Assembly (NCBI GenBank): GCA_963704165.1
Contig: CAVPHD010000004.1
Coordinates: forward strand, 581,487-645,486
Reading direction: 5' to 3'
Length of the DNA: 64,000 nt
Origin: an uncultured delta proteobacterium
GTDB lineage: Bacteria; Myxococcota_A; UBA9160; SZUA-336
Shown here: in pieces, positions 10,507 through 24,805 of the stretch
Layout: each line of letters opens with the position of its first letter
Numbering within the stretch: the stretch's first letter is position 1
Position numbers and translations under genes: made by a program
Notes under the pieces: generated by a model
Databases searched by the model: none
The model's input: the letters and a program-made list of their open reading frames with translations, nothing else
What the model was told of the DNA's origin: nothing

Positions 10507-11565
10507 CTAGGGGCAGACCCCTCCTTCGTCGACCAGGCCGTCGCAGTCGTCGTCGAGACCGTTGCAGACTTCCGGGCTCGGGAAGGAATTGGCGGAGCAG
10601 ATCAGCGCGCCGGAGAGACAGCTCTGGGTGCCGGCGGCGCAGATTCCGGGCTGACCGGTCGAGCAGGAGCCACCGCCGCCCGGGTTGCCGTCGTCGATCG
10701 CGCCGTCGCAGTCGTCGTCGAGACCGTTGCAGACTTCCGCGGTTGGCGAGCTGTTGGCGGAGCAGATCAGCGCGCCGGACAGGCAGCTCTGGGTACCGGC
10801 GGCGCAGATTCCGGGCTGACCGGTCGAGCAGGAGCCACCGCCACCCGGGTTGCCGTCGTCGATCGCGCCGTCGCAGTCGTCGTCGAGACCGTTGCAGACT
10901 TCGAGTGCGGGCAGGAGTTCACCGGTGCATGTTCCCCAGACACTCCCGCCGGTGCAGGTTCGAGTGCCGGCCGAACAGACGCCGATACCCTGCGTACCGG
11001 GCGGCCCGGAGTAGCACGCCTCGACCTGTCCGGGAGTGCAGGTGCCGAGCAGCGCGCTCACCGGGGTACAGGTCCAGACGCCCGAGAGATAGCGGAGGAT
11101 GTCTCCTTCGCTGCACGATTGTAGAAGTGTCTCCGCGCCCTGCGCGCGGAACGCGAAGGCCTCGGACGTGATCCTCTGGCGTGGTTCGAGTGTCTCGCCC
11201 TCGACCACCACCTCGAGCCAGAGATCGTCGAGATCGAATACCGACGGATCGAGCGCGGCGACAGAGCCGAGCACGACCTGGAAGACACCGTCGATCGCGA
11301 GGACCGACGGGTGCGTCTCGACGAAGAGGGGGGTCCCGCCGGTCAGCGTCGGCAGAATCCGGAACGTCAGCGCGAAAGTTCCGTCGAGAGGCGCCCCGGC
11401 GTCGTCGAGGAGACGCCCCTGGTAGTTGATCAGCGCCGGCGCCGCCGCCGCCGTGTGAGCCAGGGCGATGACGAGGGCGGAGGCGAAGAGGCACGCCCTT
11501 CCGATCGAGCGTGCACGCGATGCGCGGCGATCGGCTGGACGACTCGCGCGCTGCTCCCGGACCAT
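10507..11565 (-). CDS. Secreted protein with INYQGRL N-domain and MopE-type Cys/Asp repeats
   Basis: Signal peptide; ALINYQGRL; three EVCNGLDDDCDG motifs. Confidence 0.8.
   Translation of the reverse strand: MVREQRASRPADRRASRARSIGRACLFASALVIALAHTAAAAPALINYQGRLLDDAGAPLDGTFALTFRILPTLTGGTPLFVETHPSVLAIDGVFQVVLGSVAALDPSVFDLDDLWLEVVVEGETLEPRQRITSEAFAFRAQGAETLLQSCSEGDILRYLSGVWTCTPVSALLGTCTPGQVEACYSGPPGTQGIGVCSAGTRTCTGGSVWGTCTGELLPALEVCNGLDDDCDGAIDDGNPGGGGSCSTGQPGICAAGTQSCLSGALICSANSSPTAEVCNGLDDDCDGAIDDGNPGGGGSCSTGQPGICAAGTQSCLSGALICSANSFPSPEVCNGLDDDCDGLVDEGGVCP
10537..10902. repeat. 165-bp coding tandem repeat, about 2.2 copies
   Basis: TCGCAGTCGTCGTCGAGACCGTTGCAGACTTC at 10541, 10706 and 10871. 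Confidence 0.9.
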
Positions 11566-11724
11566 CGCATCGACCTCCTGGTGATTTCAGATCGTCCCGG
11601 CAGCGTGATCCTCCACCCCCAGAGGAGGCGAAGTCAATCTCCGCGGACTCCGCGCTCGATGCCGGTTCCGAGAGCGGGGCGTCCGAGTGAGAGGGATTGC
11701 GCGAGAATCGCGCGAGGGCGCAAA

Positions 11725-12393
11725 ATGGCGGCGGAGGTTCACACCTTGGTGTCGCGACGTTGGACCGGGATGGCGCTTGCCGTCGCGCTTTGGGCGATCG
11801 CTCTGCCGGCAAGCTCGGTCGAACTTTCGAGCGCGAGCTACCGGATCTTGGGCTCGAGCCTGAGCGGTGGAAGCGATGTGGCCATGACCAGCACCGCACC
11901 GAGTCCCCGGATCGGCGCGCTCGGCGGCTCGATCGGGCAGTCCGAGGCGCTCGGGTTCTCCGGCAGCCTGCTGACCTTGCGCACGATCGCGCCCGGTTTC
12001 TGGCCGATCCTCGGGGGCGGCTTCCCGACGCTCGACGTCGATGCCGACGCGATCGCGGCCTACCGTGACAACTGCCCGTTCAGCTACAACCCCGCGCAGA
12101 CCGACGGCGGCGGCATCCTGACCGCGTCCGCGGACGGGATCGGGGACGCGTGCCAGTGCGCGGACGTGGACGACAACGGAGTCGTCGACGATCTCGACAT
12201 CGAGGCGTATCGCGAGGCGCTCGCGGACCCGATCGCTCTGGGGCTGACACCCGCCGGCGTCGCGAAGTGCTCGGTGATCGACAGCTCCGGGCCTTGCGAG
12301 GTGCTCGACGTCGCCGTGATCGTCCGCGCGCTCGAGCCGACGCCGCTCCTGCCGGGAATCGATCAGGTCTGCACCGCCGCCAGCCCGCCGTAG
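11725..12393 (+). CDS. Secreted protein with GSIGQ..GFW domain, TSP3-like repeat and dockerin-like end
   Basis: Signal peptide; GGSIGQ...PGFW; DNCPFSYNPAQTD, DGIGDACQCADVDDNGVVD. Confidence 0.7.
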   Translation: MAAEVHTLVSRRWTGMALAVALWAIALPASSVELSSASYRILGSSLSGGSDVAMTSTAPSPRIGALGGSIGQSEALGFSGSLLTLRTIAPGFWPILGGGFPTLDVDADAIAAYRDNCPFSYNPAQTDGGGILTASADGIGDACQCADVDDNGVVDDLDIEAYREALADPIALGLTPAGVAKCSVIDSSGPCEVLDVAVIVRALEPTPLLPGIDQVCTAASPP

Positions 12394-12758
12394 CCCTGGA
12401 TGCGGATCTCGAGATACGCGCGCTTGCCGTAGCGGCCCGAGATTCGCGAGAACAGGTCGAGCAGGCGCATCTGCCAGCCGTACTTCGCGAGCAGGAGTTC
12501 GTTGGCGCGCGCGATCTCTGCCTTCGAGTCGACGATTCTCGCCTGCGCGTCGTGCCACGGGCCGTGGAGCTTTCCGCGCGCATCGCACGCCGCCACGCGC
12601 GCCCGAGGCGAGTTCCGCAGGCGCTTCACCTTCCCCGAGTCCCCGGCGGTGAAGACCCAGAGGCTCGTTCCGTCGGCGGCGAACCAGACCGGCGTTTCGA
12701 CCGCGCGCCCATCGCGGCGGAAGGTCGCAAGACTGAGGTAGCTCTCGCCCTCGAGCAC
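12363..12758 (-). CDS. PPOX-class (pyridoxamine 5'-phosphate oxidase-like) putative F420-dependent oxidoreductase
   Basis: YLSLATFRRDGRAVETPVWF, SGKVKRLRN; start uncertain. Confidence 0.85.
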   Translation of the reverse strand: MLEGESYLSLATFRRDGRAVETPVWFAADGTSLWVFTAGDSGKVKRLRNSPRARVAACDARGKLHGPWHDAQARIVDSKAEIARANELLLAKYGWQMRLLDLFSRISGRYGKRAYLEIRIQGYGGLAAVQT

Positions 12759-12835
12759 GGCGCCGAGTCTAGGACAGAGCGGCGGGGCGCGCGCGCGGTC
12801 GTGCGTTATTCTCGCGCGCCGTCCGGGAGGAGCGC

Positions 12836-13750
12836 GTGTACACCCCGCGAGAGATCGCCGAATACGCCGCATTCCGAAGCGCCATGGCGGCGCTGCGCGC
12901 GCTTCCGCTTCCGCAGGCGCAGCGGATCGGCGCGGCCGCTGCGCGCCGAATCTTCGACTTCGGCGGCAAACGCGTCGGCTACGTGCTCGCGAATCTTCGA
13001 ATTGCCTTTCCCGAGCTGCCGGAGGCCGAACGGCGCGCGATCGGACGCGAGAGCTACGTCCAGTTCGCCTGGACCGTGATCGACGTCGCGCGCAGTGCGC
13101 GCTGGGGACCGCAAGAGCTTCTCGCGCGCGTCGAGATCGAGGGTCAAGAGCACATCGACGCGGCCGTCGCGAAGGGACGGGGTGCAATCGGGCTCACGCT
13201 TCACCTCGGCAGCTTCGAAATGGTGATGCGGATCGTGCCGGCCATCGGGCTGCCGCTCACCGTGATCGGGCGGCCGCTCACGAATCGACTTCTGCGCCGC
13301 GACATGCACGCGCAGCGCACCAGCACCGGCGCCGAGCTCCTGCTCCACCGCAACGTCGCGCCGCAGATGCTGCGCGCGCTTCACAAGGGACGGTTCATCG
13401 CCGTGCTGAACGACCAGTACAAGCCCCGATCGAAGGGGATCTTCGTGCCGTTCTTCGGTGTGCGAGCCTCGACCTCGCCCGGACCCGCGGTGATCGCGCT
13501 GCGCGCCGGCGCACCGATCCTGCCGGCGGCATTCATCCGAATCGGACCCGACCGACACCGAATGGTGGTGCGACCGCCGCTCCCGATTCCGGATACCGGA
13601 GACCGGAAGAAGGACGCGGAGCTGCTCACCGCGAGCGGGAACGCCGCCCTCGAGGCCTTCATTCGCCAGGTTCCCGAGCAGTGGATGTGGAGTCACCGGC
13701 GCTTTCGACACAGTCCCGACCTGCCGGATGATCCGTACGCGGGGCTCTAG
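12836..13750 (+). CDS. Lipid A acyltransferase family (LpxL/HtrB-like)
   Basis: NLRIAFPE, HLGSFE, NDQ, VPFFG, PEQWMWSHRRF. Confidence 0.88.
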   Translation: MYTPREIAEYAAFRSAMAALRALPLPQAQRIGAAAARRIFDFGGKRVGYVLANLRIAFPELPEAERRAIGRESYVQFAWTVIDVARSARWGPQELLARVEIEGQEHIDAAVAKGRGAIGLTLHLGSFEMVMRIVPAIGLPLTVIGRPLTNRLLRRDMHAQRTSTGAELLLHRNVAPQMLRALHKGRFIAVLNDQYKPRSKGIFVPFFGVRASTSPGPAVIALRAGAPILPAAFIRIGPDRHRMVVRPPLPIPDTGDRKKDAELLTASGNAALEAFIRQVPEQWMWSHRRFRHSPDLPDDPYAGL

Positions 13751-14949
13751 AGCCCCGTGACGTCGGTCCGCTACGATCCCCGCGTGACTCGCGGTCTTCG
13801 GTTCGCGCTTCTCGTGCTCGCGCTCGCCATTTCCCTGTCGGTTCGCGCGCGCGCCGCCGAGGCCCCCGTCGTGATCCTGCTCTCGTGGGACGGGATGCGG
13901 CACGACTACCCCGACCGCACGAAGACGCTCGCGCTCGCGCGCATGCAGCGCGACGGTGTGCGCGCGGCGCGGCTGATCCCGGTGTTTCCGTCGAGCACGT
14001 TTCCCAACCACGTCTCGCTCGCGACCGGCACCTACGTCGATCGGCACGGGATCATCGGCAATCGGTTCACGGATCGTGCGGGCCGGAAGTTCGACTACAG
14101 CAACGATGCGAGCTGGATCGAGGCGGAGCCGCTCTGGATCGCGGCCGAGCGGCAGGGCGTGCGGGCGGCGACGTTCTTCTGGGTCGGATCCGAAACCGAT
14201 TGGCGCGGTCGCTCCGCGACCTACCGGATGAAGCCGTTCACGAGCTCGATCGGCGAGGCCGCGAAGGTCGACCAGATTCTCGAGTGGCTGGACCTGCCGC
14301 CCGATCGACGCCCGGGACTGGTCATGTCGTGGTGGCACGGCTGCGACCACGTCGGGCACGAGATCGGGCCGAACAGCCCGGAGATCGCGAAGCAGCTCCT
14401 CGCCCAGGACGCGGAACTCGCGCGGCTCTTCGCCGGACTCGACGCGCGGCGGGCTTGGAGCCACACGACCGTGATCGTCGCGAGCGACCACGGAATGGGC
14501 GAGGTCGTGGAACGCATCGACGCGAGCACTGCGCTGCGCTCACGGGGTATTCGCGCGCGGCTCGAACCCAGCGGCGGCGAGGCGCAGGTGTATTTGGAGG
14601 ATCCGGCGGAGCGCGAGGCGGCGCTCGCCGCGCTCGCGGACGTCGACGGACTTCGGGCCTACACGGAACAGAGTCTCCCGCCGTCGTACCGAAGTTTCTT
14701 CCCCGGCCGCAGCGGCGACCTCACGCTGGTGGCTTCGCCTCCGCGACTGCTCGCTCCACTGCGCGCGCTCGGCGGCGCGCACGGGTACGACCCGGAGATT
14801 CCCGAAATGGGAGCGGTCTTCTTCGCCCTCGGTCGCGGTGTGCCCGCGGGCGCGAGGCTCGGCGACGTGCGCGTGATCGACGTCGCGCCGACCGCCGCGG
14901 CGCTGCTCGGCATCGAGCCCCCGGCGAAGTCCGAGGGGCGCGCCCTGTT

Positions 14950-16140
<1,191 letters not shown>

Positions 16141-16336
16141 GGGCAGTCCTCCGGCAATGAGGGAAGCGGACGGGCGGGATCATACTAGACGGGCGGGCGG
16201 GACGCGAAACGGGATCCCGGCCGTCCGATTCGAGCCCTCTCCTCTGTCGCTCGAGTCGGCTCAGTTCCGCTCACCTCGAAGGTCCCGGTCGGCGGATCTT
16301 GTATGCTGCACCGCCATCCGTGAAGGGGACCGAGAG

Positions 16337-17527
16337 ATGCCGCACGCAATGGGAGGCCGACGGCCGCTCGGGTTGGCGTACTGGCCGCTGCCCGAGGACG
16401 ACCCGAAGGTCGCCATTCGTCGCGAGGACGTGAGGATCGTCACTCCCGATGGAGCGCTCGTGCGCGGGGTTCTCTGGACGCCACCCGCGGGCCAGCCGTG
16501 GAAGACGGCGATCGTGCTCTCGCATCCGCGCGGAGACTTCTCGATCCACTACGCGTGTCCGCTGCTCGCGGCCGCGGGCTACGCCGTGCTCGGCTTCGCG
16601 ACGCGCTACATCAACAACGACATCGATTGCCTGCACGAGAGCTGTACGGTGGACGTCGAGGCGGCCGTCACCGAAATGCGTCGCCGTGGCGCAGAGGCCG
16701 TGGTGCTGCTCGGAAACAGCGGCGGCGGCTCGCTGATGGCGCTCTCGCACAAGGAGAAGGGCGTCGGTGACGGCTGGATCGCGATCGCCGCGCACCCGGG
16801 CGAGGGCGTGTTCATGAATCAGGTGATCGACCCGTCGGTCGCCGACGAGAACGATCCCGAGTCCGTGATTCCCGAGCTCGACATGTACGACCCGGGGAAT
16901 GGCTGGCGGCCGTGGCCCGAACCCTGTCGCTACGACCGGGCCTGGCTCGCGCGTTACCGCGCGGCGCAGGTCGCGCGCGTCGCGCGGATCGACGCGATCG
17001 CCAAGAGCTCGATCGCGAGCGCCGAGAGCGCCGCGCGAATCGGGAAGCCGATCGACCGGAAGTCGGATCCCGGGGCGTGGCGGTATTGGCGACAGCGCGC
17101 GGTGCACGCGAAGTACATGGTCATCTACCGCACGCTCGCGGATCCGGCGTACCTCGATCTGACGATCGATCCCGACGACCGGCCGATGGGCTCGCTCTTC
17201 GCGTTCCCCGACCCATTCGACGGAAACTACGGGCGCTTCGGCCTCGCGCGCGTGATGACGGCGCGCGGCTGGCTCTCGACCTGGTCGGGAATCTCGTCGC
17301 ACGCGAAGCTCGAGGACACGATGCCGTTCGTGCGGGTGCCGGCGCTGATCCTCCATCCGACCGCCGACACGGAGATCCGCTTGTCGCAGGCTCGGGCGAT
17401 CCGTGACGCCTGCGCGTCTCCCGACATCGAGTACCACGAGCTCGCGGGCGCTCCGCACTACCTGGAAGGGCGCCGCCCGGAGGCGATGGAGATCACGGCT
17501 TCCTGGCTGCGCGCGCGGTTTCCGTGA
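16337..17527 (+). CDS. Alpha/beta hydrolase
   Basis: GNSGGG nucleophile elbow; C-terminal D and H (ADTE, APHY). Confidence 0.8.
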   Translation: MPHAMGGRRPLGLAYWPLPEDDPKVAIRREDVRIVTPDGALVRGVLWTPPAGQPWKTAIVLSHPRGDFSIHYACPLLAAAGYAVLGFATRYINNDIDCLHESCTVDVEAAVTEMRRRGAEAVVLLGNSGGGSLMALSHKEKGVGDGWIAIAAHPGEGVFMNQVIDPSVADENDPESVIPELDMYDPGNGWRPWPEPCRYDRAWLARYRAAQVARVARIDAIAKSSIASAESAARIGKPIDRKSDPGAWRYWRQRAVHAKYMVIYRTLADPAYLDLTIDPDDRPMGSLFAFPDPFDGNYGRFGLARVMTARGWLSTWSGISSHAKLEDTMPFVRVPALILHPTADTEIRLSQARAIRDACASPDIEYHELAGAPHYLEGRRPEAMEITASWLRARFP

Positions 17528-19323
17528 GCCAGTCCGGCTCGGAGAAACTCTCGCTGGCGGTGAAGCTCGTCTACGGAGCGCCGAGCTTCGCGGGCGCGGC
17601 GATGGCGATTCCCGTCGCCGTCCACATGCCGAAGTTCTACACCGACTCGGTGCTGGTGCCGCTGGGCTGGGTGGCACTCGCCATGGCGCTCGCGCGGGTG
17701 CTCGACGCGATCCTCGATCCCTTCGTCGGCTGGATGAGCGATCACACGCATTCGCGTTGGGGAAGGCGCCGTCCCTGGATCGCCGTCGCCGCGCCGCTCG
17801 CCGCGCTCGCCTTCATCGCGCTCTTCACTCCCCCCGCCTCGCTCGACTCCACCGACGCCGCGATCTGGTTCGGCACCACGCTCATGCTCTTCTTCACCCT
17901 GCAGATGGTCTACGGCCTGCCGCACGGCGCGCTCGGGCCGGAGCTCACGCTCGACTATCACGAGCGTTCGACCCTGTTCTCCGTGCGCGAGGCGTTCGCG
18001 TTGGTCGGGACGATCCTCGCCGCGATCGCGCCGTCGCTGCTGCACGAAGTCTTCGGCGATCCGCGCCGCGAGTTCACGATGATGGCGGTCGTCTACGCCG
18101 CGCTGATGATCGTTCTCTACTGGACGCTCGTCGGCGTCGTCCGGGAACGCCCGGACTTCGCGAAGCGGGAATCGAATCCGCTCGTGCCCGGTGTGCGGCG
18201 CGCGCTGCGCAATCGCCCCTTCTTCATCCTCTTCGCCTGCTACATCGTCGCGAGCATCCCCGGCGCGATTCCCGGTCTGCTCATGCCCTATTTCAACGAG
18301 TACGTGATCCAGCCCGAGCACCCCGAACGCTGGCTCGGTGTCTTCCTGCTGACGTACTTCGGCTCGGGTCTGCTCTGTCTGCCGCTCTGGCTCTTCGCCG
18401 CGCGGCGATTCGGCAAGCAGAACGCCTGGCTCGCGAGCTTCATCATGGGGATCACGGGCGGAACGGCGATGTTCTTCCTCGGGAAGGGCGACACGATCGG
18501 ACTCCTGTTCCTGATCGCGTGGTCGGGATCGTCGTTTGGCGCCGGGCTCTTCCTGCCGCCGGCGATCCAGGCCGACGTCACGGACTACGACGAGCTCCAC
18601 ACCGGAAAGCGTCGCGAGGCGCAGTATCTCGCGTTCTGGGGACTCGTTCCGAAGTTCATCGTGATTCCGAGCGCCTCGGTTCCGCTCTCCGTGCTCGCGT
18701 GGCTCGGCTACGCACCGAACCAGCCGCAGACTCCGGAGGTGATCCTCGCGATCAAGGCGATCTTCGCGCTGACGCCGGCGGCCTTCTCGATCGTCGCGTT
18801 CTTCATCGCCTGGCGCTTTCCGATCACCGAGGCCATCCACCGCCAGATCCTGCTCGGGGTGGCGGCGCACAAGCGCGGCGAGTCCGCGATCGATCCGCTG
18901 ACGGGTCAGGTGGTGATGCCGCCCGGGCACAAGGACGTCGACGAGAAGACGGGCTGGTTCCTCGACACGTTCTCGCGCGGCGAGCTGCTCCGCGTGCTGC
19001 GCCACGGCCCGCAGCGCGCGCTCGGCGACGTCGTGCGCGTCACGATCGCGTCGCTCGCGCTCTCGATCGGTGTCGCGGTCTGGGTGATCTACGACCTCGC
19101 GGCCACGGGCGGGAATCCGGGACCATTCGCGGTTCTCGCCATCGTGACCGCCGGCTTCTCGTTCACGGCGTTCGCCTTTCACCTGCTTCGCGTCGGTCCG
19201 GCGTTGCGGCTGCGCAAGGCGGGAATCACGGTCGAGACGCTGCGTGCGCACCTCGATCACGCGAACGGGTCGGGTGTCGTCGCAGCGATGGCGGAAGGCG
19301 AGGGTGCCGAGCGGCCCGGCTGA
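17524..19323 (+). CDS. GPH/MelB-family MFS transporter with C-terminal extension
   Basis: [36 protein letters not shown]. Confidence 0.88.
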   Translation: MSQSGSEKLSLAVKLVYGAPSFAGAAMAIPVAVHMPKFYTDSVLVPLGWVALAMALARVLDAILDPFVGWMSDHTHSRWGRRRPWIAVAAPLAALAFIALFTPPASLDSTDAAIWFGTTLMLFFTLQMVYGLPHGALGPELTLDYHERSTLFSVREAFALVGTILAAIAPSLLHEVFGDPRREFTMMAVVYAALMIVLYWTLVGVVRERPDFAKRESNPLVPGVRRALRNRPFFILFACYIVASIPGAIPGLLMPYFNEYVIQPEHPERWLGVFLLTYFGSGLLCLPLWLFAARRFGKQNAWLASFIMGITGGTAMFFLGKGDTIGLLFLIAWSGSSFGAGLFLPPAIQADVTDYDELHTGKRREAQYLAFWGLVPKFIVIPSASVPLSVLAWLGYAPNQPQTPEVILAIKAIFALTPAAFSIVAFFIAWRFPITEAIHRQILLGVAAHKRGESAIDPLTGQVVMPPGHKDVDEKTGWFLDTFSRGELLRVLRHGPQRALGDVVRVTIASLALSIGVAVWVIYDLAATGGNPGPFAVLAIVTAGFSFTAFAFHLLRVGPALRLRKAGITVETLRAHLDHANGSGVVAAMAEGEGAERPG

Positions 19324-20510
19324 ACGGTCGATGAACGGACGGATCGTCGCGGCCCGCGGCCTGCGCGGGTTCGCCGACGGGGTCGTCAGCGTCGTCTTGC
19401 CCGGCTATCTGACGCTCGTCGGGTTCTCGTCGGGCGAGATCGGCGCGCTCGCGACGTCGGCGCTGCTCGGCAGCGCGTTGCTCACGCTCGGCGTCGGGCT
19501 CGCGGGCGATCGCGCCCCGCCGCGAAGCGTGCTGCTCGGAGCCTGCGCGCTGATGATCGCGACCGGGCTCGGCTTCGCGAGCGTCGAGTCGTTCGCGTTC
19601 CTGCTCGCGATCGCATTCGTCGGGACGTTGAATCCGACCGCCGGCGACGTGTCGGTCTTCCTGCCCGACCGAAGTGGCGTTGCTCGGCCGCGAGAGCGAC
19701 ACACGCGCGCGTACCGCCCTGTTCGCGCGCTACAACCTCGCGGGTGCGCTGCTCGGCGCCCTCGGCGCGCTCGCGACGGGCTTGCCCGAGCTCGCCGTCT
19801 CGATGCTCGACGTCGAGCTCCCGACCGCGCTGCGTTCGGTCTTCGCGCTCTACGCGGGGTTCGGCGTGGTGCTCGTCGTGCTCTATGCGCGGCTCGGGCG
19901 CGAGACCGGCGCGCCGCCGCGCGCGAGCTTCGCGCGGGCCGCTCACGCGCTCGCGGAGCATCGTGCTCCGGCTGACGACTCTGTTTGCGCTCGACTCGTT
20001 CGGCGGCGGCTTCGCGGTGCAGACGATCATGGCGCTCTGGCTCTTCCAGCGCTTCGGGCTCTCGCTCGCGGAAGCGGGCGCGTTCTTCTCGGCGGCCGGC
20101 GTGCTCGGCGCGTTCTCGCAGCTCGCGTCGGCGCGCCTCGCCGCGCGCTTCGGCCTGATCGAGACGATGGTCTACACCCACATTCCCGCGAACCTGTTCC
20201 TGATCGCCGCCGCGTTCATGCCCAACGCGGAGCTCGCGCTCGACGTTCCTGCTCCTGCGTTCATCGCTCTCGCAGATGGACGTCGCCGCGCGCCAATCCT
20301 ACGTGATGGCGGTCGTGCCCCCCGAGGAGCGCGCCGCGGCGGCGAGCGTCACGAACGTGCCGCGAAGTCTCGCCTCCGCTCTCTCGCCGATGATCGCGGG
20401 TGCGTTGCTCGAGCGGTCGTCGTTCGGTTGGCCGCTCGTCGTCGCGGGCTCCGTCAAGATCGTCTACGACCTGCTCCTGCTCTGGCAGTTTCGCTCGGTG
20501 CCGCCGCGGT

Positions 20511-22079
<1,569 letters not shown>

Positions 22080-22175
22080 GCGGCGTCTTTCTAACGGAAA
22101 CGCCCGAATCATCAAGCTCTTTCGGGCGGACACCGATGGAATCGATCGCGGCATTCGTGTCGCAAAGGACGGCCG

Positions 22176-24008
22176 ATGTCGGGTGCATCGCGACGAATGC
22201 GCAATTGGCTCGCGCTGATCGATCGCGTCGTGCCGACCGCGATTCACCACGCCGATCCGATCGAGCGGCAGCGGGCCCGTCTGGTCGTCTTCAATACCTC
22301 CGTGTTCCTCGCCTACGGGGTCTTCCAGGGCGCGATGGAGATCGCGGTCGAGACCCGCGAGCGTGCGCAGCTCGCGATCGGAATCCTGGTTCTGGGAGTC
22401 GGCGCCGGGCTCGCCGCGCTCGCCTGGCTGCGCCGACGCGCCGACAGCGCCGCTGCCGCCTGGACCACGGTGATCACGCTCTTCACCGTGATCACGGTGA
22501 TCACGTACACCAAGGGCGGAATGGACGCGCCGGGACTCTCCTGGTTCGTGGTCCTGCCGGTCGTCGCGCGCGCCCTGTGCGGTAGCCGAAGCGCGTTGGT
22601 CTTCGCGGCTGCGTCGCTGGTCGTGGTGCTCACCTTCGCGCTCTTCGAGACCTACGGCGTGCCGGTCCCCCCGGCTCCGACGGGCGCGGCGCTCGGGGTC
22701 AAGCGCGTGGTCGCGATCTGCGCCGGAGCGATCCTCTGCGCGGGGCTCGTGTACATGAACGGAGTGGTCGAACAGGAGGCGCAGGCGGCGCTCGTGGCCA
22801 TGCGCGACTCGGCGACACAGGCGAACCGCGCGAAGAGCTTGTTCGTGGCGAACGTGTCGCACGAGATCCGCACGCCGATGACCGCGATCCTCGGCTATAC
22901 CGACGTTCTCGCCGAGCCGGGTCTCGACGAGGGCGAGCGGAACGAGGCGATCGAGACGCTGCGCCGGAACGGCCGGATCCTGCTCGCGCTGATCAACGAC
23001 ATGCTCGACCTGTCGAAGATCGAAGCCGGTGGCCTCGAAATCCGCAAGCGCGAGATCTCGCCGATCTCGGCCGTGCAGCAGGTCGTCGCGCTGCTGCGCG
23101 ACCGCGCACGCGTGAAGGGCATGGCGATCGAGGCCGAGTTCACGTCCGATCTGCCGCCGGCGTTGTGGACCGATCCGGTCCGGCTGCAGCAGATCCTCGT
23201 GAACCTGATCGGCAACGCGATCAAGTTCACGGAGCAGGGCGGCATACGCGTGTCGGTGTCACTCGAATCGGATGCCCCGATCCAGCGCGTCCGCTTCGAT
23301 GTGATCGATTCCGGGATCGGAATCGCCGACGCCGACCGCGGGCGCATCTTCGAGCCGTTCTCCCAGGCGGATGCGACGGAGTCCAGACGCTACGGCGGGA
23401 CGGGGCTCGGCCTCGCGATCTCGCTCCGGCTCGCGGAGGGACTCGGTGGCGAGCTCACCCTGGCGAGCGCGCCCGGCGCCGGTTCCACCTTCAGCCTGTG
23501 CCTGCCCGTGATCGAGCCGAGCGTGGACGAGCGGGACGCCCGGCATCGACCATGGCCGCGGAGCGAGCCGGTCGAGCCCGAGACGTCGTGGGCGGGTCCG
23601 CTGCCGACGCTTGGCGGCCGGGTGCTGGTGGCGGAGGACGGCCCGGACAACCAGCGGCTGATCGTCCGACTGCTCGAACGCGCGGGGCTCGAGGTCGAGG
23701 TCGCCGCCAACGGCCGCCTCGCGGTGGATCGGGCGCTCGAAGCGGAGCCGTCGGGTTCACCCTTCGACGCGGTGCTGATGGACATGCAGATGCCCGAGCT
23801 CGACGGCTACGCGGCGACGCGTGCGCTTCGCGAAGGTGGTTACGCGCGACCGATCATCGCGCTCTCCGCGCACGCGATGCGAGAGGACCGTGACCGGTGT
23901 CTCTCCGTCGGCTGCGACGCCTTCGCATCCAAGCCGATCGACCGGCGCGCGCTGCTGACGCTGCTCGCGGAACACCTGTCGAAAGCTCTACCCTCGCCCC
24001 CGGCATAG
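22176..24008 (+). CDS. Hybrid sensor histidine kinase/response regulator
   Basis: TM sensor; SHEIRTP, NLIGNAIKFT, GGTGLGL; receiver AEDG, MDMQMP, SKP. Confidence 0.93.
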   Translation: MSGASRRMRNWLALIDRVVPTAIHHADPIERQRARLVVFNTSVFLAYGVFQGAMEIAVETRERAQLAIGILVLGVGAGLAALAWLRRRADSAAAAWTTVITLFTVITVITYTKGGMDAPGLSWFVVLPVVARALCGSRSALVFAAASLVVVLTFALFETYGVPVPPAPTGAALGVKRVVAICAGAILCAGLVYMNGVVEQEAQAALVAMRDSATQANRAKSLFVANVSHEIRTPMTAILGYTDVLAEPGLDEGERNEAIETLRRNGRILLALINDMLDLSKIEAGGLEIRKREISPISAVQQVVALLRDRARVKGMAIEAEFTSDLPPALWTDPVRLQQILVNLIGNAIKFTEQGGIRVSVSLESDAPIQRVRFDVIDSGIGIADADRGRIFEPFSQADATESRRYGGTGLGLAISLRLAEGLGGELTLASAPGAGSTFSLCLPVIEPSVDERDARHRPWPRSEPVEPETSWAGPLPTLGGRVLVAEDGPDNQRLIVRLLERAGLEVEVAANGRLAVDRALEAEPSGSPFDAVLMDMQMPELDGYAATRALREGGYARPIIALSAHAMREDRDRCLSVGCDAFASKPIDRRALLTLLAEHLSKALPSPPA

Positions 24009-24025
24009 AGTCGAGGAGGTCGGGG

Positions 24026-24799
24026 ATGCGTCTTTCGGGGAAGGTCGCGCTGATCACGGGCGCGGGAAGCGGCATCGGCCGCGAGACCGCGCTGCTCTTC
24101 GCGCGCGAGGGTGCGCAGGTCGTCATCGCAGACCTCGACGAGGTCGCGGGCGAGCGCACGTCGCGCGAGGTGAAGCAGGCCGGGGGCCGCTGCATCTCGG
24201 TGCGCGCCGACGTCTCGAAGGTCGAGGACGCGCGTGCGATGGTCGAAGTGGCCGAGCGCGAGTTCGGCGCGTTGCACGTGCTGATGAACAACGCCGGTAT
24301 CTCACACATCGACGACAACGGCGCGGTGGACACCGAGGAATCGGTCTGGGACCTGACGATGCGCGTCAACCTGAAGGGCCCGTTCCTCGGCTGCAAGTTC
24401 GGCATTCCCGCACTCCAGAGGGCCGGGGGCGGATCGATCATCAACGTCGCGTCGTTCGTCGCCGTGCTCGGCGCGGCCACGCCGCAGCTCGCCTACACGT
24501 CCAGCAAAGGGGGCGTGCTCGCGATGTCGCGCGAGCTCGCCGTGATTCACGCGCGACAGAAGATCCGGGTGAACGCGCTCTGTCCGGGACCGCTTCGAAC
24601 CGAGCTTCTGATGAAGTACCTCGATACGGAAGAGAAGCGCCAGCGCCGGCTCGTGCACGTGCCGATGGGACGCTTCGGCGAGGCCGAGGAGATCGCGCGC
24701 GCCGCGCTCTGGCTCGCGTCGGACGAGTCGTCGTTCACGACCGGCGCGACGTTCCTCGTCGACGGTGGAATCACCGCCGCGTACGTGACCCCGACGTAG
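24026..24799 (+). CDS. SDR family oxidoreductase
   Basis: TGAGSGIG, NNAG, YTSSK; GAGGAGG RBS. Confidence 0.92.
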   Translation: MRLSGKVALITGAGSGIGRETALLFAREGAQVVIADLDEVAGERTSREVKQAGGRCISVRADVSKVEDARAMVEVAEREFGALHVLMNNAGISHIDDNGAVDTEESVWDLTMRVNLKGPFLGCKFGIPALQRAGGGSIINVASFVAVLGAATPQLAYTSSKGGVLAMSRELAVIHARQKIRVNALCPGPLRTELLMKYLDTEEKRQRRLVHVPMGRFGEAEEIARAALWLASDESSFTTGATFLVDGGITAAYVTPT

Positions 24800-24805
24800 C
24801 GCGAG

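Noticed and set aside
10537..10902. Direct repeats as a CRISPR array
   Set aside because: In-frame 165-bp coding repeat with no unique spacers and no cas genes
22112..22139. TCAAG...ACCGATGG as a sigma28 promoter for the histidine kinase
   Set aside because: Spacing is one base long and the -10 has several mismatches
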